Source of the DNA: an uncultured Thermoplasmata archaeon
Lineage (GTDB): Archaea; Thermoplasmatota; DTKX01; GCA-020343715
Length of the DNA stretch: 64,000 nt
Assembly: GCA_964353355.1 (NCBI GenBank)
Contig: CAYGVT010000023.1
Location: 9,482 to 73,481 of the forward strand
Reading direction: 5' to 3'
Below the pieces are notes generated by a model. It ran no database searches, was not told the origin of the DNA, and worked only from the letters and a program-made list of their open reading frames with translations. Positions within the stretch are counted from its first letter, which is position 1, and every line of letters starts with the position of its first letter. Shown in pieces: positions 35,095-43,056 of this stretch. A program made the position numbers and the translations under genes.

Positions 35095-35841
35095 TCACTC
35101 CTTCTCGACGGGCTGCCTGAGCACGGTCCTCCACTTGGACTCTGGCACTCTGCGGGGGTCGCTCAGGTATATCTCGTGGTGCTTGCCGTGCAGGGCCAGC
35201 GCGCGCTCCTTGGCGAACGCGTGCATCCTCGCGATGTCGGGCCCCTCGTCCCTGTAGGGCCCGACGTGCATCATCTGGACCGACAATCCCTCGTGGAAGC
35301 GCTCGAACCGCAGCCGCCCGAGCCCCGGGGGGACGGGCTCCTTCTTCTTCCTGCGCTTGGCCTCGATCTCCTCCTTGGCGCGCTCGACGTGCGCACGCTC
35401 GACGTGGTCGGGCTGCATTATCATGACGGTGAACTTCCACGCATCGCGCTGGTCGTAGTCGAACCCCCCGCCCTCCTCGCGGGTCCACCACAGCCCCTCC
35501 AGGGGCGGCACCTTCCAGTCCGGGTGCTTGCCCTCCTTCTTGAGCATGAACTTGAGGGTGTATGCCATCGAGTAGAGCGCCTCCACGGCCTCCTGGAAGC
35601 CCTTGGACGTGTTGGGGTCGCCGATGCCGTCCACCATCAGGAACGACATCTCGGGGACGTCCACGAGCACGACCTCCCTCTCGGAGGGCAGGTAGAGCTC
35701 CTTGAGGTCCCTCTTGACATCCTTGGGCGCCTTGACCGCCTTGGTTGCCTTGGTTGCCTTGGCTGCCTTGACCGCCTTGACTGCCTTGGCTGCCTTGACC
35801 GCCTTGGCTGCCTTGGCTGCCTTGGTTGCCTTGACCGCCAT
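35095..35841 (-). CDS. GyrI-like small-molecule-binding domain protein with an N-terminal Lys/Ala-rich (histone H1-like) tail
   Basis: The C-terminus HHEIYLSDPRRVPESKWRTVLRQPV is typical of GyrI-like/SOUL-type domains. The N-terminus is MAVKATKAAKAAKAVKAAKAVKAVKAAKATKATKAVKAPK. Confidence 0.8.
   Translation of the reverse strand: MAVKATKAAKAAKAVKAAKAVKAVKAAKATKATKAVKAPKDVKRDLKELYLPSEREVVLVDVPEMSFLMVDGIGDPNTSKGFQEAVEALYSMAYTLKFMLKKEGKHPDWKVPPLEGLWWTREEGGGFDYDQRDAWKFTVMIMQPDHVERAHVERAKEEIEAKRRKKKEPVPPGLGRLRFERFHEGLSVQMMHVGPYRDEGPDIARMHAFAKERALALHGKHHEIYLSDPRRVPESKWRTVLRQPVEKE
35728..35838 (-). repeat. about 12 tandem copies of a 9-nt unit (gccttgNNN on the plus strand) encoding the (K-A-x)n tail
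   Basis: Direct reading: cgccttgaccgccttggttgccttggttgccttggctgccttgaccgccttgactgccttggctgccttgaccgccttggctgccttggctgccttggttgccttgaccgcc. Confidence 0.85.
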
Positions 35842-35993
35842 GTCCGCCTCACCACCGTGGCATGGGACGCCCTGGGGGGATTAAAGATTTGCGTCCCCGG
35901 GACCGGTGAACGCATTGCCTGCTGTGGGCGGGCGCGGGTGTCACTGGTCAGGGGGCGGAGCGCCGCCCTGCCGGGGCCGCGGGCGCGGCCGGC

Positions 35994-36428
35994 CTACCTC
36001 TTCTTCTTCGGCTTGTCCTTGAGCGAGGTGAAGAAGTCGTGGTGCTCCTCCTCGTCCTCGAGGATCTCCTTGAAGATGAAGGCGGTGGTGACGTCGCCCT
36101 CCTTCTTGGCCACCTCGATGATGTCTCTGTACATCTGGATGGCCTCTACCTCGGCCTCGATGTCGTTGTCCACCATCTCCCAAAGCTCGCCGCCGACTTT
36201 GATGGGCGCGGGCTTCGTGGTGGGGGGGACGTTGCCGAGGTACCACAGCCTCTCCGCTATCTTCTCGGCGTGCTTCATCTCCTGGACGGCGATGGTCTTG
36301 AACTCGCCCGAGACGGCGTAGTGCTCGACGCCCATCCACTGCACGTGCTGCCACATGTACTGTACCGAGACCTGTATCTCGCGCGCGATGGCCGCGTTGA
36401 GCAGGTCAAGGAGCTTCTTGGTTGCCAT
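35994..36428 (-). CDS. bacterioferritin-like (ferritin-like di-iron) protein with a basic C-terminal tail
   Basis: LLNAAIAREIQVSVQYMW, QEMKHAEKIAERL and ILEDEEEHHDFF match the ferritin-like E/ExxH ligand pattern. It ends KDKPKKKR. Confidence 0.85.
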   Translation of the reverse strand: MATKKLLDLLNAAIAREIQVSVQYMWQHVQWMGVEHYAVSGEFKTIAVQEMKHAEKIAERLWYLGNVPPTTKPAPIKVGGELWEMVDNDIEAEVEAIQMYRDIIEVAKKEGDVTTAFIFKEILEDEEEHHDFFTSLKDKPKKKR

Positions 36429-36564
36429 GCCTTTCCCTCCTGGTGGACTCTCTCATCTACCTGCACGCCTCCCCCGTCAGGGGCGTGGATGACGGGCATG
36501 CCTGCGGGAGGCCATAAACCTTTTCCATGCATCGTGCGGGCGCGTGGCGACGGACGGTCGGCGA

Positions 36565-36580
36565 CGAGAGGTATTAAGCC
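36565..36580 (+). promoter_or_regulatory. TATA-like box upstream of the AlkZ-like gene
   Basis: gagaggtattaagccc, about 45 nt before GTG 36621. Confidence 0.4.
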
Positions 36581-36620
36581 CCCGGGGCGATGACGTGGCC
36601 ATCGAACGGGGTGCGGCCCG

Positions 36621-37769
36621 GTGGCCGCCCCACAGGGCGGTGTCGTGGGCATGTCACGGGTGACAGGGGCGGGCGTCCACCGCTTCCGGCTCAGGCGCTC
36701 CCATCTGGAACCCAGGGCCGGCCGGCGGTCGCTCCTGCGCGTCGTGGCCGACGTGTGCGGCGTGCAGGCCCAGTTCCTGCCCTCCGCCGAGCTCGCGCTC
36801 TGGGCGCGCATCGAGGGCCTGCGGAGGGGGGACATGGAGCGCGCGCTCTGGGAGGAGCGCACGCTCGTGCGCACGTGGACGATGCGGGGGACGCTCCACC
36901 TCCACACCAGGGAGGAGCTGCCCGTCTACGTGTCCGCGCTCGGGCCGAGCCGGGTGCGCGCCGATTCCCTGTGGCTCGTGAAGCGGGCAGGGTCGCAGCG
37001 CGACCTGGAGCGCGTCGCAGAGGCCGTCGTGGACGCCCTCGCGACCGGGCCGATGACGCGCGCCGAGCTCGCGCCCGAGGTCGTCGGCCGCGTCGGGGAG
37101 TGGGCCCGACCGCTGGTCGAGAGCTCCTGGGGCGGGGCCGTCCGCATCGCCTGCCTCCAGGGGCTGGTCTGCTACGGCCCGGACCGCGACCGGTCGGTGA
37201 CCTTCGCGAGGACGGACCGGTGGCTCGGCCGCCTCCCCGCGTACACACGGGAGGAGGCCCAGGACGCGCTCGTCGAGCGATACCTGCGCGCCTACGGCCC
37301 CGCGACGGTGCAGGACCTCTGGAGGTGGGCGAACCTGCCCATGTCCGAGGCCAGGCCCGCGTGGGAGCGCGCGAGGCCCGACCTCGTGGAGGTCGACGTG
37401 GGCGGGGGCAGGCGCGCCTGGGCGCGCCGCGAGGACGCCGGCGCCCTCCGCCGCACCCCCCCAAGGGGCTGGGGCGCGGCCCGCCTCCTCGGCGGCTTCG
37501 ACGGCTACCTCCTCGCCCACGAGGACCGCGCCCATCTCGTCGCGCCCGAGCACGCCAAAATGGTCTTCCGCAAGGCAGGCTGGATATCCCAAGTCGCCCT
37601 TGCCAGGGGACGCGTGGTAGGCACGTGGAGGCACACGGCGCTCAGGAGGCTCTCCCTGACCGTCGTGCCGTTCGCGCGGCCGACCCGGGCGGTGCGCTCC
37701 CAGGTCCTGCGGGAGGCCGTCCGCCTCGGGGGCTTCCTCGGCCTCGAGGCCGGGGTCGCGTGGTCATAG
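36621..37769 (+). CDS. winged-helix DNA glycosylase AlkZ/YcaQ-like protein (HTH_42 family)
   Basis: VCGVQAQFLPSAELALWARI...LWEERTLVRTWTMRGTLHL is the characteristic family N-terminal signature. Alternative ATG start at 36651. Confidence 0.8.
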   Translation: MAAPQGGVVGMSRVTGAGVHRFRLRRSHLEPRAGRRSLLRVVADVCGVQAQFLPSAELALWARIEGLRRGDMERALWEERTLVRTWTMRGTLHLHTREELPVYVSALGPSRVRADSLWLVKRAGSQRDLERVAEAVVDALATGPMTRAELAPEVVGRVGEWARPLVESSWGGAVRIACLQGLVCYGPDRDRSVTFARTDRWLGRLPAYTREEAQDALVERYLRAYGPATVQDLWRWANLPMSEARPAWERARPDLVEVDVGGGRRAWARREDAGALRRTPPRGWGAARLLGGFDGYLLAHEDRAHLVAPEHAKMVFRKAGWISQVALARGRVVGTWRHTALRRLSLTVVPFARPTRAVRSQVLREAVRLGGFLGLEAGVAWS

Positions 37770-38717
37770 CCCGAACTGGCCCGTGTCGACCCACTCGCTC
37801 TTGAGCAGCGACCACCAGTCGATGGCGAGGCCCTGCAGGATGTACGCGTAGGGCAGGTGGCCGTAGCCCTTCTCGCCCCAGTCCTTGCCCCAGGAGTTGC
37901 GGATGAGGAGCGCGCCCGTCGTCGTGGCCGTGCCGCCGCTCGTGGGTATCTTCAGCCGGTCGTCGTATCCCACGGCCACGACGGCGTGCCCGCCCACGAC
38001 AGGTTCCCCCTCCTTGGGGAAGGGTATCATGCCGCCGTCGGCCGCGTCGTCGATGGAGCTGTACACCGTGAAGCCGAACATGGACGGCAGCCCCGCGGCC
38101 AGGTGCGTCCGGACCGCGTCGAGGAGCGCGCCCGGTTCGGTGGAGGGCGGGTCGAGCCTGTAGTACTGCAGCGCCTGGTAGTCCTGGGCGAAGGCGTAGC
38201 AGAAGGCCGTGGGCTCTCTGTCGAGCGCCTCGACCTTGTACGGCCAGTGCTCCTCGGGGGGCACTCCGAACAGCACGAGCGCGCCCATCGTCGTGCGGAT
38301 GAACGCACCCGTGTCGCCGGTCCAGTGGAGCAGGTCCCGGGTGGCCTTGTAGAGGAAGAGGCGCGAGGCGTCGAGGTGGCGGCCGAAGGCGCGGCGCTCG
38401 AAGTACTCGACGAGCCCCACGCCCGCGTTCGCGGTGCACGAGCCGACGGTGCCCTGGTCCTCGACGGGCGGGCACCACTCGCGCAGGTCGACCGATGCGG
38501 AGAGCTTCCGCCTCGCCTTCCTGCCCACCCCCGCCTTGGTGAGCATGTCCTTGACGGTCGCGCGCTGCCCGACGCGCGCGAGCCTCGTAGCGACCTCGTC
38601 GCGCGTGACCCTGTAGTCACGGAAGTCGGGATAGTCAGGAAGCCAGCCAAGCCCCAGCTCTCGCCCCGCCCTTCTGTCCGAAGAAGGCAACGAACCACCC
38701 TCGGACCCATCAGGCAC
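37764..38717 (-). CDS. papain-like cysteine peptidase (family C1)
   Basis: DQGTVGSCTANAG (catalytic Cys), VVGGHAVVAVGYD (His), and IRNSWGKDWGEKGY (Asn/Trp). Confidence 0.85.
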   Translation of the reverse strand: MPDGSEGGSLPSSDRRAGRELGLGWLPDYPDFRDYRVTRDEVATRLARVGQRATVKDMLTKAGVGRKARRKLSASVDLREWCPPVEDQGTVGSCTANAGVGLVEYFERRAFGRHLDASRLFLYKATRDLLHWTGDTGAFIRTTMGALVLFGVPPEEHWPYKVEALDREPTAFCYAFAQDYQALQYYRLDPPSTEPGALLDAVRTHLAAGLPSMFGFTVYSSIDDAADGGMIPFPKEGEPVVGGHAVVAVGYDDRLKIPTSGGTATTTGALLIRNSWGKDWGEKGYGHLPYAYILQGLAIDWWSLLKSEWVDTGQFGL

Positions 38718-38852
38718 GTGGGGGGAGATATCGTTTTGGATGGCCTTGTCCAGGGGTCCAGGGGGGGTCGAGATGGTCTGGCGGGACGGACGATGGGATG
38801 ATGGGTGCGGGGTTGATGATGGGGGTGCGATGGTGCCCGGGGGTTGGCGCGG

Positions 38853-39545
38853 TCATCCCCTGGGAGCGCCCTCGAGCGCCCGCTCGTAGGCGTACACCAC
38901 GCGCGCGACCACGGTCGGTGCCGTGAGCTGCTCGCCGCCGAGCGAGAGCCGCGCGTGGGCCCAGGGCGTACCGCCCCTGAGGTCCCCGTGCGGGAACGCG
39001 CCGACGACGGCCGCGACGTCGCGGTCCAGGTGCCGCCCCAGCAGCTCCACGGGGTCCGCGCGCTCGCCATCCTCGACCAGCGCGACGTTCCAAGCGCCGA
39101 GCCGCTCCAGGAGCGCGACCAGCGTCAGGGGCTCCGTGCTCATGAGCGCGCGGCCCTCCCCGACCTTGCCCTCGCGCAGCAGCTGCTCCACGAGCCCCAC
39201 GAACCGCTCGTAGTTGCGGGGAGGGCGCATCTCGGGGTCCACGTGGATGACGATGTCGTCGCGCGTGTGCACGAGGAGCCGCAGCCGCCCCTGGCGGTTG
39301 AGCGGGGCGTCCTGCGCGAGCAGCAGAGACTGGTGCACGATGTCGGGCCGCCCTCGCCGGTCAGCGCCCTCGAGGCCCCGCATGGCGTGATGGTGGTAGG
39401 ACGAGTCGAGCAGCGTCCGGCTCGCGCGCTTGCCCCTGCTCTTGGCGCGCGCCCTCACGGCGGGGTGGTTGAGGATGCTGTCGGGCACGGGCTCGAGCTC
39501 GGATTCCGCGAGCACGACCCAGAGATTGCTGGCAGGCGCGTCCAT
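38853..39545 (-). CDS. nep1: ribosomal RNA small-subunit methyltransferase Nep1 (Emg1)
   Basis: LLDSSYHHHAMRGL...RGRPDIVHQSLLL...LLVHTRDDIVIHVDPEMRPPRNYERFVGLVEQLL is the Nep1 signature. Start at ATG 39545 (MDAPASNLWVVLAES). Confidence 0.85.
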   Translation of the reverse strand: MDAPASNLWVVLAESELEPVPDSILNHPAVRARAKSRGKRASRTLLDSSYHHHAMRGLEGADRRGRPDIVHQSLLLAQDAPLNRQGRLRLLVHTRDDIVIHVDPEMRPPRNYERFVGLVEQLLREGKVGEGRALMSTEPLTLVALLERLGAWNVALVEDGERADPVELLGRHLDRDVAAVVGAFPHGDLRGGTPWAHARLSLGGEQLTAPTVVARVVYAYERALEGAPRG

Positions 39546-39565
39546 CGCCCAGGCAACGCGCCGGG

Positions 39566-39582
39566 GGGATGATATGCCTTTC
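39566..39582 (-). promoter_or_regulatory. BRE/TATA-like box, nep1 (apparently leaderless)
   Basis: The minus strand reads gaaaggcatatcatccc, centred ~29 nt upstream of ATG 39545. Confidence 0.5.
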
Positions 39583-39697
39583 GCGGGGGACACGACCACC
39601 GTCAAGAGAATAGAAATAGGGTTGATGGACATTGAAGGATGGGCCACGCCCGCGAGGCAAGGGGTCCAATGCGCGCGATGGCCAAGAGGGTCATCCC

Positions 39698-40336
39698 ATG
39701 AAGTGCCATGTATGCGGGACCGAGCCGCCGGCATCGGCCATGTCCTGCCCGGTGTGCGGGGCGCCTCTTACGGGCAAGTCGGGCGGTCCCGACCCAACGC
39801 CCAAACGACCGCTCGCGTACGTGGGCTCTCCGGCCGACATCAGGTCTCCGATTGTGGTCATCATAGCTTCAATCGTCCTTGCGATCCTACTGACAATCGT
39901 GACATGGGCCTACCTGGCGGGCACCGAGGACCATGATGAGGCCGAGCACACCACGGTGAACCTCACCGCCCCGAATATCGTGCGGGTCACGCGCGGGAGT
40001 CTGGTCTGCTGGGATGTGAATTTCACCATCAATAGGATCTCGCCCATGGGCATGGACATTCGATGGGATGAGGCCCGGATAATGATGAAGGACCCAGCAG
40101 GGAGCGACCTTATGGCCTCGCGAAGGATGAAAGAGGACACCGGCCTTTACGATGAATCATCGCCCATGGCAATGGAGGCATGGTACATCGAGACGACGCA
40201 TGGGGGCACGAGGATGACAGCGGGCGACGGGATCAAGGTCACCGGCATCGGCCTGGAGAACGTGGGCGCCATCATCGAGCTCACACTGCGTGGCTTTCGT
40301 ATCGGCACAGCCACCCTCCCCACCACGTTCCCGTGA
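39698..40336 (+). CDS. N-terminal zinc-ribbon / single-TM / ectodomain protein (paralog 1)
   Basis: MKCHVCG-x10-CPVCG ribbon, TM helix IVVIIASIVLAILLTIVTWAYL, and a ~130-aa ectodomain ending TATLPTTFP. Confidence 0.7.
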   Translation: MKCHVCGTEPPASAMSCPVCGAPLTGKSGGPDPTPKRPLAYVGSPADIRSPIVVIIASIVLAILLTIVTWAYLAGTEDHDEAEHTTVNLTAPNIVRVTRGSLVCWDVNFTINRISPMGMDIRWDEARIMMKDPAGSDLMASRRMKEDTGLYDESSPMAMEAWYIETTHGGTRMTAGDGIKVTGIGLENVGAIIELTLRGFRIGTATLPTTFP

Positions 40337-40469
40337 CTCTCCCTCAGGAGACGTCTTGGACCTCTGGCGCAGATACAAATACATAGATGTGGCATCACTA
40401 TCTAAGGTGATACATGCCCGGGCCTGGGGCGCGCATGTGCCCCCGCTCCCGGCCAAGGAAGGCGAGCAC

Positions 40470-41192
40470 GTGAACTGTCCAAGGTGCGGAGCGCCGCTGC
40501 AGCCAGGGATGCAGTTCTGCGCCTCGTGCGGCGCGCAGGCGGGCGCGACGGCCCCCCCGCCGGCGCAGCAGCAGCACCCGCAATATGCATACCCACAGCA
40601 GCCGTACCCGCCGCAGCCCTATCCCTACCAGTACCCGCCCGCGCAGCCCTATCAAGCGCCCAAGGACGACTCGAGCTCCCTCGGCAAGGTCATAATCATC
40701 ATCGTCGTCCTGCTCGTCGTGTTGGTTGTGGTTGGCGCGGCCGTCTTCTACCTCTTCATCGCGAGCGTCGAGGATATCGTGGGCGACCAAGGGTTGACGA
40801 CGGTCTCTCTCCAAGCACCCAGCCCGAGCGCGAGGCAGATAGACGGGACCACCTACTGGGACATGGGCTTCACGGTCAACCGTATCGCCCCGTCCACGGC
40901 GGAGGTCACCTGGAGCGAGGTGATGGTGACGGTCAAGTCCTCCATTGGCGCGGTCCTGCTCGCACAGACGCCGCCCTTTGTCGACAACCCCCTGGCGTAC
41001 GACGACGCGGCCGATGGAACGGTGGGCGTGCAGGCCTGGTTCGTAGACGCCGACGACGATGGCGTCATCAGCAGCGGCGATTCGATCAAGCTCACGGGCC
41101 TCACGGCCGCGTACGAGGGTGGCCAGTTCGAGCTGAGGTTGGGTCTCAGGTTGATAGCCGCATCGGCCATACCGTCCAACTTCCCAGGCTAG
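40470..41192 (+). CDS. N-terminal zinc-ribbon / P,Q-rich linker / single-TM / ectodomain protein (paralog 2)
   Basis: (GTG)NCPRCG-x9-CASCG ribbon, a PQQPYPPQPYPYQYPP linker, and TM helix VIIIIVVLLVVLVVVGAAVFYLFI. The ectodomain aligns with paralog 1 (F-T-(I/V)-N-R-I-(S/A)-P, GD-x-IK-(V/L)-TG) and ends ASAIPSNFPG. The start is uncertain. Confidence 0.65.
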   Translation: MNCPRCGAPLQPGMQFCASCGAQAGATAPPPAQQQHPQYAYPQQPYPPQPYPYQYPPAQPYQAPKDDSSSLGKVIIIIVVLLVVLVVVGAAVFYLFIASVEDIVGDQGLTTVSLQAPSPSARQIDGTTYWDMGFTVNRIAPSTAEVTWSEVMVTVKSSIGAVLLAQTPPFVDNPLAYDDAADGTVGVQAWFVDADDDGVISSGDSIKLTGLTAAYEGGQFELRLGLRLIAASAIPSNFPG

Positions 41193-41236
41193 GGGCGCGG
41201 AGGGCATCGCACCCGTCCATCGGTCTGGCGTGGTCC

Positions 41237-41833
41237 TCAGTCCGCGACCGGCGAGAGCATCTCGACCCTGCCCGTGTCGAGGTCGTACCGCATGCCGACG
41301 ACGGCCAGCCGCCTCTGCCTCACCATGTCCGAGACGACCGGCCCCGAGCGGCTGAGCCGCTCGACGGTGAGCACGACCTGCGCGCGCATCGCGTTGTCGA
41401 CCGGGTCTCCCGGCTTCGCCGACGCGCGCACGACCGCGGGCTTGAGAGCGAATATCAAATCGCCCAGGTTGCCCGGGACGTAGCCGCCCTTGACGGCGGC
41501 CTCGATGGCGCCGCACCGCTCGTGCCCGAGCACTACGATGAGGGGCACCTCGTACCTCCTCACGGCGTACTCGATGCTGCCGAGCGCCTCCCTCTCGACC
41601 ACGCCGCCCGCGAGCCGCACGACGTACAGGTCCCCGAGGCCCTGGTCGAAGACGATCTCCGGCGGCGTGCGCGAGTCCGAGCATGCGACGACGATGGCGT
41701 GCGGGGACTGCCGCTTGGCGACCTCGGTGCGCCGGACGGAGCCCTGGCGCGGGTGCGCGGTCTTCCCCTCCGCGAACCGCGTGTTCCCCTCGATGAGCTC
41801 TGACAGTGCCTGCTGAGGTGTAGGACCGGTCAT
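41237..41833 (-). CDS. beta-class carbonic anhydrase
   Basis: VVACSDSRTPPE (CxDxR) and VVLGHERCGAI (HxxC) zinc-ligand motifs. Confidence 0.9.
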   Translation of the reverse strand: MTGPTPQQALSELIEGNTRFAEGKTAHPRQGSVRRTEVAKRQSPHAIVVACSDSRTPPEIVFDQGLGDLYVVRLAGGVVEREALGSIEYAVRRYEVPLIVVLGHERCGAIEAAVKGGYVPGNLGDLIFALKPAVVRASAKPGDPVDNAMRAQVVLTVERLSRSGPVVSDMVRQRRLAVVGMRYDLDTGRVEMLSPVAD

Positions 41834-41965
41834 TCACAGCGACCCCCTGATGGATTGATAATGGCATCAGGCATTATAATTGGGTTTCGGGGAGGGGGTC
41901 ACCTTGGCTGCGAAGCAATGTATTTATGGTTTGAATCCCGGTACCAATTGGAGGGAGGCGGGAGG

Positions 41966-42922
41966 GTGTACTGCGCAAGGTGTGGCAACCTGATTCAGGA
42001 TGGGACGTACGTTTGCCAGAGGTGCGGATGGTCAGCGCAGGGCGCGCCACCCGCGCAGCCGGTGCAGCGCGCACAGAGTCCGCAGCCCATGTCCCCATCG
42101 CCGCAGGGCGCTTCGTGGCCCGCGCCCACGGGACCGGTGGTTGTGCAGGCGCCCCCACCAGTGCAGGCCCCGCCGCCCGCGCAGATGCCGCCGTCGCAGC
42201 AGTGGGGCACCCCCTACCCGCCCCCGCAGGTGACGCCGCCCTACGTCCCGCCCCCGCAGATGGCGATGCCCTACACCCCGCCCCCTCCGCCCCAACAGGG
42301 CACGCCCGTGTCAACCTACTTGATGGGCGGCCTCATCTGCTCCGTCGTCGCCGGGTTGATGATCCTATTCACCCCGTTCAGCAGCTTCTACCATTATGCG
42401 ACGATCTACATCCGTATGTGGACTCTCGAGGGCATGCCCCTCCTCCTGCCCCTGGGCCTCCTCCTCCTCGCGCTCGCTGGCTACGCCTCCCAAGGGATGC
42501 GCGACCCCAGGTTCATGTCGCTGGCCCGGCTCTCAAAGGTCAGATACATCGCGGTCGGCGCGATGATATGGGTGTTCCTGGACGGCCTCATCTTCATCGG
42601 GATCATGATCTCGTACGACTACGAGTGGTGGTTCGAGGCGGGCTTCTATGGCGGTGCCATTGGCAGCATCCTCTCCGTCATATTATTCCAGATGGCCGTG
42701 AGTCAGGAGAGCGCGAAGGGCCAGCCCGCCCAACAGGCCGCCTGGCCCGCGACCTACCCGCCCCAGCCCTACCAGTACCAGCCGTCCTATCCGCCACCTC
42801 CCCAGGCGACCCCTCCGCCAGCCTATTCCCCGCCGCCGCAGCAGCCGCAGCAGCCGCAGCAGCTACAGCAGCCGCAGCAGTGGTCGGGCCAGCAACAGCC
42901 GCCTTGGCCGCCCAGGTCGTGA
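41966..42922 (+). CDS. N-terminal zinc-ribbon / P,Q-rich / 4-TM membrane protein
   Basis: GGAGG...GGGAGG precedes GTG 41966. (V)YCARCG-x9-CQRCG ribbon, long P/Q-rich linker, four hydrophobic helices, and a C-terminal PQQPQQPQQLQQPQQ tail. Confidence 0.65.
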   Translation: MYCARCGNLIQDGTYVCQRCGWSAQGAPPAQPVQRAQSPQPMSPSPQGASWPAPTGPVVVQAPPPVQAPPPAQMPPSQQWGTPYPPPQVTPPYVPPPQMAMPYTPPPPPQQGTPVSTYLMGGLICSVVAGLMILFTPFSSFYHYATIYIRMWTLEGMPLLLPLGLLLLALAGYASQGMRDPRFMSLARLSKVRYIAVGAMIWVFLDGLIFIGIMISYDYEWWFEAGFYGGAIGSILSVILFQMAVSQESAKGQPAQQAAWPATYPPQPYQYQPSYPPPPQATPPPAYSPPPQQPQQPQQLQQPQQWSGQQQPPWPPRS

Positions 42923-43056
42923 GGCCGGGGTGGGCGCCCCCATCGCCTGGGGGCGCTGCGGGGGCCAGGGTGGATGCGCACGGTCGACCTCACCACAGCC
43001 AGCTTCTCAGGCCGTGGAAAACTGGACGAAGGGTTATTAGGGGTCGCCCGCCATCG

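Noticed and set aside
35728-35838. CRISPR-like regular repeats. This covers the 9-nt units here, the CAGCAGCCG-type repeats at 42835..42885, and the 12-nt GGCCGGGGAAT(A/G) x3 near 8050..8095
   Set aside because: The units are far too short, have no spacers, and are in frame within coding regions (Lys/Ala, Gln/Pro and Gly/Arg low-complexity segments). No CRISPR array or cas gene is in the window.
36590-37804. 404-aa plus-strand ORF and the 326/257-aa minus-strand ORFs overlapping the AlkZ-like gene
   Set aside because: They are Arg/Pro/Gly-rich translations without motifs. The 36621 frame carries the unmistakable HTH_42/AlkZ signature.
39632-39697. Upstream alternative (TTG) start giving a 22-aa extension on the first zinc-ribbon protein. 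Also the 40290 and 41855 track starts for its two relatives
   Set aside because: The extensions are basic and low-complexity, or overlap the preceding gene. All three proteins begin naturally at the CxxC ribbon (MKCHVCG, VNCPRCG, VYCARCG), and the third has GGAGG/GGGAGG just upstream.
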